Part shown: positions 24,628 to 35,000 of the stretch, in pieces
How positions within the stretch are numbered: the first letter of the stretch is position 1
Layout of the letters: each line of letters starts with the position of its first letter
Source: Tubulanus polymorphus
Lineage: Eukaryota > Animalia > Nemertea
NCBI RefSeq assembly: GCF_964204645.1
Contig: NC_134026.1
Span: 31,051,432-31,115,431 of the forward strand
Direction: 5' to 3'
Length of the DNA: 64,000 bases
The notes under the pieces: model-generated
What the model was told of the DNA's origin: nothing
The model's input: the letters and a program-made list of their open reading frames with translations, nothing else
Databases searched by the model: none
Translations under genes and position numbers: made by a program

Positions 24628-27109
24628 CTGAAACATTGCAAAATTACAATCCATTACAACGATTTATAAACCAGTTTTTCACTACAATTACATGTAATTT
24701 GACTTTAAAAACAGTAATTTAATTGAAAATGAACTAGAAACCAAATTCTAATCTTTGAGTTATTTGATAGAGTAGATGGTAACTACCCTCTGCAAATATT
24801 AGCACAACTTCCAGATCCACAGTTATGAGTTAGAATAAACTGTGAACTCGGGATCCAGTTCCACAGTTGTGAGATAGTTATCTCTTGAGTTTAAGTTAGT
24901 TCATCTTCTCTGAGTTAACTCAGAGTCAAAAATCTTAAGTTCAAGAAGTAATTAATTAATTAATTACCTGAGAGTCATTAGGAAAGTGAGACAACGAGTT
25001 GCAGCCAGATAATGAGCCAATACCCGCCCCTGCTGCTGAGAGACTTTGAGTGCTGCTGACTCACAGGTGGTAGGCTCTTCTTTGACTACAACATCGTTTT
25101 GTCCTAATCCTAAACGTTCTCGTAATTGATCATTTTCTTGCTCCAACAACAACGTTTTGTTTTCCAGATCTTTATTTTCGTTCATCAACTGTTGATTTTC
25201 ATCTTCGAGTTCCGCGACGAGACTTTCTAATTCACTCATTCGCGCTTTCTTTCGATCGCGAGCAGTTTGAGCGGCAACGCGATTCTTCAGTTTCCTGTAA
25301 AACATTCAATTTGAAATCGTTTACATTCATTTACTCGCCCTGCACCAGTTTTATTTAGTCTCTTAAGATCTGCTGAATCACTGCAGCATTTCAAAACTTT
25401 TCTTAAAACTTAACTTTTGGCGGCTAAGACGCTGAATAAAGTCAATTGTACAGACAAATAATGGATTAGAAAATAGAGATGACTTCAGGATTAATCTGAC
25501 GATTGGTCAAGACTCAAGTCCAAAAATGGTGTTAAATTCTAAGTCTGGTTGTTGTTAGATCGGCTTTATAAGAGCTTCAGAGCTTCAATGGTCTTCGACA
25601 GGTCTTAAGTTACATTGGCAATAAAAATAAAATGAGCTTAGACTGGTCTTAAGTTACATTGGCAATAAAACTAAAATGAGCTTAGACTGGTCTTAAGTTG
25701 TTTGGTTATAGAACCAAAATGAGTTTAGACAGATCTTTAGAGTTCAAGCTATGACTTGGGACCTGGCCCCAGATAACAACCTAACGGCTAGTAAGTGAAT
25801 TTGATTGTACAAGTACTTTTAAGAGGATAGACTTTTAAATTAATTCTAAACGTAAATTGAGAGACTTAATTAGATCAAAAACATATGGCACATAATAAAG
25901 GGCTGTAACATATGTGAAATTGAATACACGCTGCTTACATCAGCATTAAATTCACTATCGATAACAATTCTAGGCACAGCTGTATTTAACAACATGAAAG
26001 TGAAATCATTAGCAATTTTAGACGTATAGTATTCAAATAGCTGTAAGGCTAAATATATTGATTAAAATTCCACTAGTTTATCAAAGTAACAGCCATCAAA
26101 CCCCCGGGGGTAAGTTCGATGTGAAATACGAAAATAGCAGTGATAACTAGACACACCCCTGAAAAGAGAGAGAGAGAGACCACACCCAAACTATTTCTAC
26201 AAGAGATATATCAAAAACAAATCAGAGTAGTTGCGAAATATCTTAATCGCGGAAGCATCTAAAACATAATCATACTAAAGTTCCTTAAATGTCAGAAGTA
26301 ATAAAATTGTATTATTCACTTGTATTCATTGATTAATGCTTTATGTTTTATGTATTTCAGAATAAATTGTAGGTCTACTGTTTAGGTCTAATGAACATGT
26401 GGGTAAAAGTGCAGATCTGCACCTCTCCGCGTAAACGGTTCAATCAATTACGTTAAAATCATTGTTTGAGATTCAAAATGTCATCAGCAATTCAGTAAAT
26501 TGCCATTGGTTAATTTCAAGATATCTTCACTAGAGAGAGTAGAAAGATTTTAGCCAGGATTCTGTCATTCAGCAGATTGCGTCAATCACTCAAGAGGTGC
26601 GCATCTGCACCAAATGTGTAGTCTACATTTGTAGTGGAACTATTACATTTAAAAAAATACATAATTACATAAATTTATACCAATCTATCTTTTTAGTTAC
26701 ATGTAGCACTTTATACACAATGTAATATTTTGATTTAAAGTATCAATACAAGTAATCAAAATATCTCTGTCCTCTCAGTCTCTGGGAGTACGATCAAGAC
26801 AGTACTGCTGACACCCGCAGTTTACCCCTCCAAATTTGACAAGCTGGCAGAAAACCCTTAACTTACTAATTACACAATTAACTGTTAATTCTGATACGAA
26901 ATTAGAGTTGGATTTAGAATTTACCTGCGCATCATTCGTTCCTCGGGTGTAAGATGAGTAAGTCGCCTTCTTTTCCTTGGCTGTTGATCTCCCAGTAAAC
27001 CAAATCTGTCCATGTCTACTGTAGACGTTGTGTAGTGGCCACCACTGGTACTGGCTGCGCCCGATTTTCGGGGCATCGTGATCACTATCGTCTTCGGAAC
27101 GCTTGTCAT
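23974..27109 (-). CDS. XBP1: X-box binding protein 1 (XBP1) gene, 3 coding exons, bZIP factor with an IRE1-spliced frame-switch intron
   Basis: Exon 1 ...QPRKRRRLTHLTPEERMMR(R). Exon 2 KLKNRVAAQTARDRKKARMSELESLVAELEDENQQLMNENKDLENKTLLLEQENDQLRERL... is a near-perfect match to the XBP1 basic region and leucine zipper. The unspliced frame ends in a hydrophobic HR2-like tail (VLAHYLAATRCLTFLMTL) with stop at 24459-61. The +1 frame after removing the short intron continues through exon 3 to ...DDMWEESFTELFPSLV*, an acidic transactivation tail like XBP1s. Confidence 0.85.
24968..25294 (-). CDS. XBP1: XBP1 exon 2 (bZIP; contains the unconventional intron)
   Basis: Acceptor ttttacag on the minus strand. 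Encodes (R)KLKNRVAAQTARDRKKARMSELE... Conventional donor CAG|GTAATT at the exon end. Confidence 0.85.
25036..25055 (-). other. XBP1: Predicted IRE1-excised unconventional intron of XBP1 (20 nt, or 23 nt if cleaved one CAG later)
   Basis: The minus strand reads ccacctgTGAGTcagcagcACTCAaagtctctcagcagcaggggc. The 5' hairpin has stem TGAGT/ACTCA and loop CAGCAGC. The 3' hairpin has stem GUCUCU/AGGGGC (two G-U pairs) and loop CAGCAGC. Both loops fit the CNG|CNGN IRE1 consensus. Intron length mod 3 = 2, which switches to the activation-domain frame. Confidence 0.55.
25480..25775 (-). mobile_element. Same MITE family, minus orientation, inside XBP1 intron 1
   Basis: Ends ...CTTGGGACCTGGCCCC (reverse complement of the GGGGCCAGGTCC terminus). 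Interior GGTCTTAAGTTACATTGGCAATAAAA(C)TAAAATGAGCTTAGACTG x3. Confidence 0.55.
26925..27109 (-). CDS. XBP1: XBP1 exon 1 (ATG at 27109)
   Basis: ORF 26921..27109. Basic motif RKRRRLTHLTPEE. Donor AG|GTAAAT on the minus strand. Confidence 0.8.
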
Positions 27110-27251
27110 CTTCGAGTATCTGATTTAACCGTTAGAAAGATAGTTTATGACGAGTGTCAACATTTGGTCTATCTCCGGCGTATTGCTATAACATCTTGAA
27201 GTTTGGTTTACTCTAATGAGGAAAACACCGTAGTTGAATATTTACTGTAGT

Positions 27252-27270
27252 CGTGTTCGCCGCTGATTGG
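27252..27270 (-). promoter_or_regulatory. ERSE-like element (CCAAT-N9-ACACG) about 145 bp upstream of the XBP1 ATG
   Basis: The minus strand reads CCAATcagcggcgaACACG. ERSE is CCAAT-N9-CCACG (NF-Y plus ATF6), a 4/5 match in the CCACG half. The CCAAT context RRCCAATCAG fits NF-Y. Confidence 0.35.
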
Positions 27271-27334
27271 CTAATCGGCGGCTGACGCAATTTCACAACT
27301 CGGGGAAATCCCGCGATTCTACGAAATCCCTAAC

Positions 27335-27342
27335 TGACGTCA
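27335..27342. promoter_or_regulatory. Palindromic CRE/ATF site TGACGTCA in the XBP1-MVP intergenic region
   Basis: Exact TGACGTCA is present. It is UPRE/CRE-like (the ATF6/XBP1/CREB family binds TGACGTG(G/A) or TGACGTCA). Confidence 0.3.
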
Positions 27343-28489
27343 CACCAAAATTAACTTACGGGTGAAAAATTAACGATTTACTCATCATAAATGCGAGCGA
27401 AAACTTTTTTTGATAATCTTAATGAAAAAATCAATGGTAAAATCATTGGATTTATTAGAAATTTATATCGTAATGATATTATGAATTCGTGGAAAATACA
27501 TCTCACGAAAATAAGCACTGTTTACATTCCACACTGACAGCCCAGATTTGACAGCACTACGCCCCGAAGAATAGCGCTACATAGGTCAGTGCAGAGCATC
27601 GTTTGAATCGAAATATTGCCAAATAATTGAAAATGTAGAAAATTCCTTCGAATAACTATTAAAAAACTGTACGTCAGTCTGTGGCAGCCATGACATGTAT
27701 TACACTAGTCAGTAACCTGTCTGTGGTTTAGTTTCACGATCGGATATTTTCACAAACCACAGTCAGGAATGGGAAGGTCATTTTTGTATGAAATCTTCGT
27801 CAGCCAATTTGACTGACGAGTAATTTGCCTGGCATTTCATTGTCTCTTAAGATATCCGTCTAATTTTTGTTGTAATCGACACACAACAGATTCGTAGTTT
27901 GTCTGATACCTATAACACCTCACCTGACGATCTTAATCCATGTGCAAATCGGCCGTAAAGTGAGAGTAAATTTCCGTAGAGTCAACAGCTGCCATTTTTT
28001 AAATTACTGGAGGTGCTGGCACCTGTGGACTGAGGCCAGGACAACAGCACAAACTAACAAAGCGAAACGACGAAATTGAAAAAAATTAAGAAATCAACAC
28101 TTATTCACATTTTTCTTTTACCAGAATTTATTATTTCTGTATTTATTATGGAAAACACGAAGATTTGAAATATAAGCTGGAAAACCATCAAAAATAAAAA
28201 ATGTCGTTTCGTCTTGGAAGTTTTATATAAATCCTTGTAGGTCCCCTTGTCTTATCATGCCACATGTGCAATACAGAGAAATGGCGGCCAATGGCGAAAT
28301 TTGTGGAGAAATTAATTAATTTCTCAAAATAATGTTGATTAATCACTCGAAACATACATAAAATTGGATTATTTCGAAAGGTATCTGTGTTAGTTTGTGA
28401 ATTAAGCCATTAATTGTGGACTGAAGTGAATAGAAAGTATATTTTTGAAGTGTTACTTTTTTCAACCGTGTTTTGGTCCTTGTCATCCC

Positions 28490-28560
28490 TAACGTTGGTA
28501 TAAGCCCATCCGATTATAAAAAGCTTACCACCAACGATTAGGTAACTAACTAGTATTACA
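28490..28560 (+). mobile_element. Family B repeat module about 300 bp upstream of the MVP ATG
   Basis: TAAGCCCATCCGATTATAAAAAGCTTACCACCAACGATTAGGTAACTAACTAG is near-identical to 29205-29250. Confidence 0.5.
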
Positions 28561-28851
28561 CCATCAATATCTAGTATGTCAGATAGTGGTGAAATAACCT
28601 ATCTATGAACCACCTTAGCTCTGAATAGAGCTTTATTGTGCTCGCCATTCGTGAAGAAACGTTCTTCAATAGTCCTTCTCGTTTTGTATTCATGATTTAG
28701 GTCGAATAACAACTAATATCTTAATAGAAACTCACAAGGTATGAAATCTCTCTTCTTTAGCTATAGAACTTTGCACCAGGAAGTGTACAGCACAGTGACA
28801 GTCAATACGGTACTTCTATTTCAGCAGTGTCAGTACAGTGTACCGTGTAAC

Positions 28852-29012
28852 ATGTCTCGTCAAGGCTCAAGTGGAAGTGGAAACCGAGGTGGAGGGGATG
28901 ATTCGATCTACCGAATTCCACCGTATTTTTATCTGCATGTTCTCGATCAGAATTCGAATGTCACCAGGGTTGAAGTCGGACCGAAGACATTTATTAGACA
29001 AGATAATGAAAG
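28852..29012 (+). CDS. MVP: MVP exon 1 (ATG 28852; donor AG|GTATGT; phase 2 end)
   Basis: [53 protein letters not shown](R) matches the MVP N-terminus ([35 protein letters not shown]). A tttcag acceptor at 28821-28826 suggests an upstream 5'UTR exon. Confidence 0.85.
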
Positions 29013-32000
29013 GTATGTCTATCGGTTATTACATCAGGTGATTTAAGCAGGCTTACTGATAGTCAGTTACCTGACTGTGTTTTAGTTTCACGTTCGGATA
29101 TTTTCACAAACCACATAACCACACATGTAGTCTGAATACCAGTCGTTGTTACGGTTGTTTCAGGAACAATGGCTAGGTACTAGACTACCACACATAAGTA
29201 TAAGCCCATCCGATTATAAAAAGCTTACCAACGATTAGGTAACTAACTATAGCTTACTGATTAAGCTAGGGTACTTGCATAAAAACCGATAAACCTTTTT
29301 CTAAAATTGAGCTGGTAAAATTTGTCCGAATCAAGAGTTAAAAAACCAGAAAAAATGTTAGAAAGTCAGAAAATGATTTCATTTTAGTCCTATATAAGTT
29401 AGAACCCCAGGGCCCGGTTCCATAGTCATGGCTTAGACTTAAGACCAGTCTAAGACCAAATTAGTTCTATAGCCAATCTAACAACTTAAGACCAGTCTTA
29501 AGATTTAAGACCACTGTTGGAAGTCACGACCATGCAGCAGGCCCCCCTGAGTTCAGCATTGTAGAGATTTACTCTATTTTCGATATCTTGTTTTATGGGT
29601 TAATTTTCAATGTACGTCTATAACATGCATTTCATATCAGCTGAAACCTGCTGTTGCTTAGTCATATCTATTTCTATTGCCTTTTTATCATTTTGTACCG
29701 GAAAAAGTAGTTGCGGGGTCATCTCAGATTCATTAAGTTCCTATCCCTTATCATATCTAATGAATTCATTCAATGAAATGCCCCCTGACCTCGCTGAGAT
29801 ATGATTAATAAGTTTTGCTCGTATATTTTAGAGTTGTTTATGGCCCGGAGCGTATGATAACAATTCCACCGAGACATTATTGCATTATTGAAAATCCTGT
29901 GCACAAAAATGACAAAGGCGAAGTCCAGTTTCATGTGAGCGGACAGGTAAAATTGTTACACGCCGACCAAGATATCCGACTAGCGCAGGACCCGTTCCCT
30001 TTATACCCTGGTGAGACTGTGAAGGGCGCCGTCACTCCGTTAAAGGTTGTCGTAGCGAATTCCGCTCTTCGACTTCGAGCCTTACTGGATTTCAAAGACG
30101 ATCGCGGAAATGAAAAAGTAGCAGGCGACGAATGGCTTTTTGAAGGACCAGGTACGAATATATAAACTCATAATAGAGTATACACTCAGCTTAAGTCTGA
30201 TCCAACTCAGATATCACTCTCAAGTCAAAAGATCCGACTTGAGCGGAGTCTACTGTATCATCCAACTCAGATATCACTCTCAAGTCAAAAGATCCGACTT
30301 GAGCGGAGTCTACTGTATCATCCAACTCAGATATCACTCTCAAGTCAAAAGATCCGACTTGAGCGGAGTCTACTGTATCATCCAACTCAGATATCACTCT
30401 CAAGTCAAAAGATCAGACTTGAGCGGAGTCTACTGTATCATCCAACTCAGATATCACTCTCAAGTCAAAAGATCCGACTTGAGCGGAGTCTACTGTATCA
30501 TCCAACTCAGATATCACTCTCAAGTCAAAAGATCAGACTTGAGCGGAGTCTACTGTATCATCCAACTCAGATATCACTCTCAAGTCAAAAGATCAGACTC
30601 TTCAGCGGAGTCTACTGTATCATCCAACTCAGATATCACTCTCAAGTCAAAAGATCTGACTTGAGCGGAGTCTACTGTACCATCCAACTCAGATATCACT
30701 CTCAAGTCAAAAGATCAGACTTGAGCGGAGTCTACTGTATCATCCAACTCAGATATCACTCTCAAGTCAAAAGATCCGACTTGAGCGGAGTCTACTGTAT
30801 CATCCAACTCAGATATCACTCTCAAGTCAAAAGATCCGACTTGAGCGGAGTCTACTGTATCATCCAATTCAGATATCACTCTCTAGTCAAAAGATCAGAC
30901 TTGAGCGGAGTCTATTGTACCATCCAACTCAGATATCACTCTCAAGTCAAAAGATCAGACTTGAGTCTACTGTACCATCCAATTCAGATATCACTCTTTA
31001 GTCAAAAGATCAGACTTGAGCGGAGTCTACTGTACCATCCAACTCAGATATCACTCTCAAGTCAAAAGATCAGACTTGAGCGGAGTCTACTGTACCATCC
31101 AACTCAGATATCACTCCCAAGTCAAAATATCTGACTTGAGCGGAGTCTACTGTATCATCCAACTCAGATATCACTCTCAAATCAAAAGATCAGACTATAG
31201 CAGAGTCTACTCCGCATGTACATTTCTGTACTTCACTGTACATTTAGTTCACTGTATACATGTAGTTCACTGTACATGTAGTTCACTTGTACTTGTAGTT
31301 CACTGTAAATGTCGTTGTTGATTTGTAGGAACTTACATTCCACGTAAAGAAGTCGTAGTCGAGGAAACAATCCGTGCTACGATCGTAAAACCGAATCAAG
31401 CGATCAGATTACGAGCTCGAAAAGAAACAACAGATCGAGATGGAAATGCTAGGGTTACCGGTGAGGAATGGCTGTCGAAGAAATGTGGTGCTTACCTCCC
31501 AGGAGCTTACGAAGAAGTCATTGATGTTGTAAACGCTTACGTGTTGACAGAAAAGGTTTGTTTTGTTTATTCTTTTACAAATGGCCCCATTCATGACAAA
31601 ATTTTGCTCATTTTCAACAATTGCAATTTAAGGAATTATTTCGGTATGTTCCCAATGTCTGACCCTCTCTCCATGGATGTGAATGCTCTTTATGAAGTCA
31701 ATAAAGTCCTTCACACTTAAAAAACAGCCCAAATTACAATAAGCTAAACTCAAATCTATTCGAATAAGTGATCATTGTTTTCAAGGGGTAATAAATCCAA
31801 TTTGATTGATATTCTATTAAGGATTTCTAGGATTTGACTTGAAATAATTGAAGAGCTTTGTTATATCAGTGGATTAGTGTTTGAGTTGATAATTTGACTC
31901 GCGATAATTGAAGAGCGTTTAATATTTCACTGTTTATAGAAAGCGCTTCACATGACAGCGACGAGAACGTTTACAGATGATTACAAAGTAGAACGTAAAA

Positions 32001-35000
32001 ATGGTGAAGAATGGTTGATCACAATGAAAGACACCGAGACGCATATTCCTCACGTCTATGAAGAAGTCGTCGGAGTCGTAAAGATCACGACTTTAACCAA
32101 TCGTCAGTACTGCATTATCTTAGATCCAGTCGACGCAGATGGCAAACCTCAACTCGGTCGTAAGAAACTGATCAAAGGAGAAAAATCATTCTTTCTGATG
32201 CCGGGAGAACACTTAGAAAGAGGAATACAGAACGTGCATGTTTTAGGAGAAGATGAAGGCCTCATTCTTCGGGCTACGGAAGATTTCTTCGATGACGATA
32301 AAGTAAGTTTTTTGTGGAAAAAAAGGATGAAACTTTACATTTCATTTCGTGAAACTGATGAATGAATATCGGTTGTTTTCAGAAAATTCAGCGTCAACCC
32401 GGAGACAAATGGATGATCCGTGGACCTAAAGAATATGTGCCACCAGTAGAAGTAGAAGTTGTAACGAAGAGACAAGCGATTCCTCTCGATGAGAATGAGG
32501 GAATTTATGTTAGAGATGTTAAATCTGGAAAGGTAAGAGAAAAATGATTGTGGAAAATAATTCATGAAAAATGTAGTAAAAATTCAAAAGTTTATTGAGA
32601 CCACAATGTTTCAGCTGTTGTCATCATCATACATCCTCCCTCGGCAAATATTCTAATCTCATAACCTGGGGCTGATCAGGCCCATCCTCCCTAACGAACC
32701 TGATATCATTCCTGGACTCTGCCACCGGGGCAGTTTCGATGCCATCAGGTTAACAGTTGCTACTGTTAGAAACAGCCAAAACTAGTTCCAATAAACTCTT
32801 GAATTCCAATTCTTCAAATTATGGGATTTTGCTCTGATTAGAATGATTTAAATATACGGTAGGTTCGCGCTATCACTGGTGAAACATACATGCTGAACCA
32901 AGACGAGGAATTATGGTCGAAAGAACTTCCACCGGCAGTTGAGACTTTACTCGCCCAGAATAAAGACCCCCTCGCTGACCGCAGTGACCGCTCATCTACC
33001 GGACACGGCGCGCCGCGAGATAAAACTAAAGTCGTTTCTTTCCGTGTGCCGCACAATGCAGCGGTTCAAATCTATGATTATAAAGAAAAGAAAGCGAGGT
33101 AAATCCTTCATTGATTGGTCGATTCAATGTTCAGGTGGCCATCTTGGATTTTAAGTGGACATCTTGGATTTTGATTTGAGTGGCCATCTTAGATTTTGCA
33201 TAAAAGAAGCTCCGAATAGGAAAATTGATTAAGGGTAAAAATGTAGCCAAGGTCGCGCGTGATCAAACATTGCTGCTTAACTGTCAATGATCTTTTGTCG
33301 AGATGTTGTTAAACTGTTGTTTTGGTTGTAGAGTTGTGTTTGGACCTGAGTTAGTGATGCTGAGACCCGATGAACAGTTTACACAGCTCAGTCTCTCCGG
33401 CGGAAAACCGAAGAAACCGAACGTCATCAAATCTTTGTGTTTGTTAATGGGTCCTGATTTCTGTACCGATATCGTGATTGTTGAAACTGCTGATCACGCT
33501 AGACTCAGTCTTCAGCTCTCTTATAACTGGTTAGTATCAACGGTCTCTCTCAATCCTGGTTTATCTTCAGTCGATTTAGTTGATCCTATTTTGTAAATCT
33601 CAGTCCTCCGATGTTGAAGAATATAATGGCTGGTTTTATAAACTAGGAACCTCAGTTTTTCAGTCAAGTTTCATTAAAATTAATTTCTTCATTGATTAAA
33701 AATGTCTTCGATCGATTTATGTGTAATGTATGATAAATAAGTTTTCAATTTTCAGGCATTTTGAAGTGACGGACAAAACGAATGATTCAGAATCTGCGAA
33801 ACTGTTCAGTGTGCCAGATTTTGTTGGAGATGCATGTAAGGCTATAGCCTCAAGAGTACGTGGAGCTGTTGCAAGTGTGCAGTTTGATGATTTCCATAAG
33901 GTAAATTTACTTGTCTAAATATGGAAAATCTTCTATGCCGGTAAATCCACAGTTCTGTGGTTTAGATTTGAATAGAGTTAAAACTCTTCAAAAGAGTGAT
34001 GGAACTGTGATTGAACTGAGTCCTGGTCCGCAGTTCTGAGTTGAGATTCGACTCTTAGATTTGAAACATCAAAAATAAACTCGGCTAATCAAACTTAGCC
34101 AACAACTGTGGAACTGAGCAGAATTTTTCTGGTTTAAGATTTGATCTTTCAGTTATAACATTGAAAATGAACTAATTAATCTCTATAATGTCAAAGTTAA
34201 CTGACAGTCGCTGTAGAACTGTATCCTGTAACTGTTTTTAATTTGAATTTTAAATATTCTGATTGTTGTAAATTCCAGAATTCGGCACGGATAATCCGCG
34301 CGAGTGTTTTCGGTTTCGACGATCAAACAACTAAAGTACGAGAGAGATTCACATTCGCTCAGAATAATCTGGTGATCACGAGTATCGATATTCAATCAGT
34401 TGAACCGGTCGATCAGCGTACGAGAGACGCTTTAATGAAATCTGTTCAACTCGCTATTGAGATTACTACTAATTCACAAGAAGCAACCGCCAAGTAAGTA
34501 CCAGTATTGTAAACTGGGGCAGTCAGTAATCAGTGTTTGAACTTCTTGTCATAATAATTTTTTGTTCAGTGTTGTTTTTCCCGCAACACGTTTAAGAGTG
34601 GTACCCACCCCTTTCATTTTCACATCCATCTCTCTGAGAATCATTCACGGCTTATCAAATATCTTCTGCCCCTACCAGAGTGGATATTCTCTCAATGCTG
34701 ATAATTGCTTTGAAATATATTGAGCTAATGTGAAAAATAGAAGATTACACCAAATTTGCGCTTAGACTTTTTGTGTTTTTGGGGGATCGAAAGCCTTGCT
34801 ACAACAGCAGCCATGATGCTATACACTTAACAATGAATGCAGCCCTTTTAAAATTCCAAATTGAGAAAACTGATGACATTCTGTTATTGATTTACAGACA
34901 TGAAGCCGAGAGATTAGAACAGGAAGCTCGAGGTCGACTTGAAAGACAGAAGATCGCGGATGAAGCAGAAGCCGAACGTTCGCGTAAAGAGTTGTTAGAA

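Noticed and set aside
27252-27270. Possible derivation of the XBP1 promoter CCAAT element from the nested MITE at 84-305 (shared GTTCGC(CG)CTGATTGG)
   Set aside because: Only about 14 of 16 nt match, centred on the generic NF-Y consensus. This is compatible with chance.
30140-31321. ORFs of 157-174 aa in MVP intron 2 and ORFs 37454-38274 in the oxygenase intron
   Set aside because: They are read through 60-bp and 53-bp tandem arrays. They are intronic by the MVP and oxygenase gene models.
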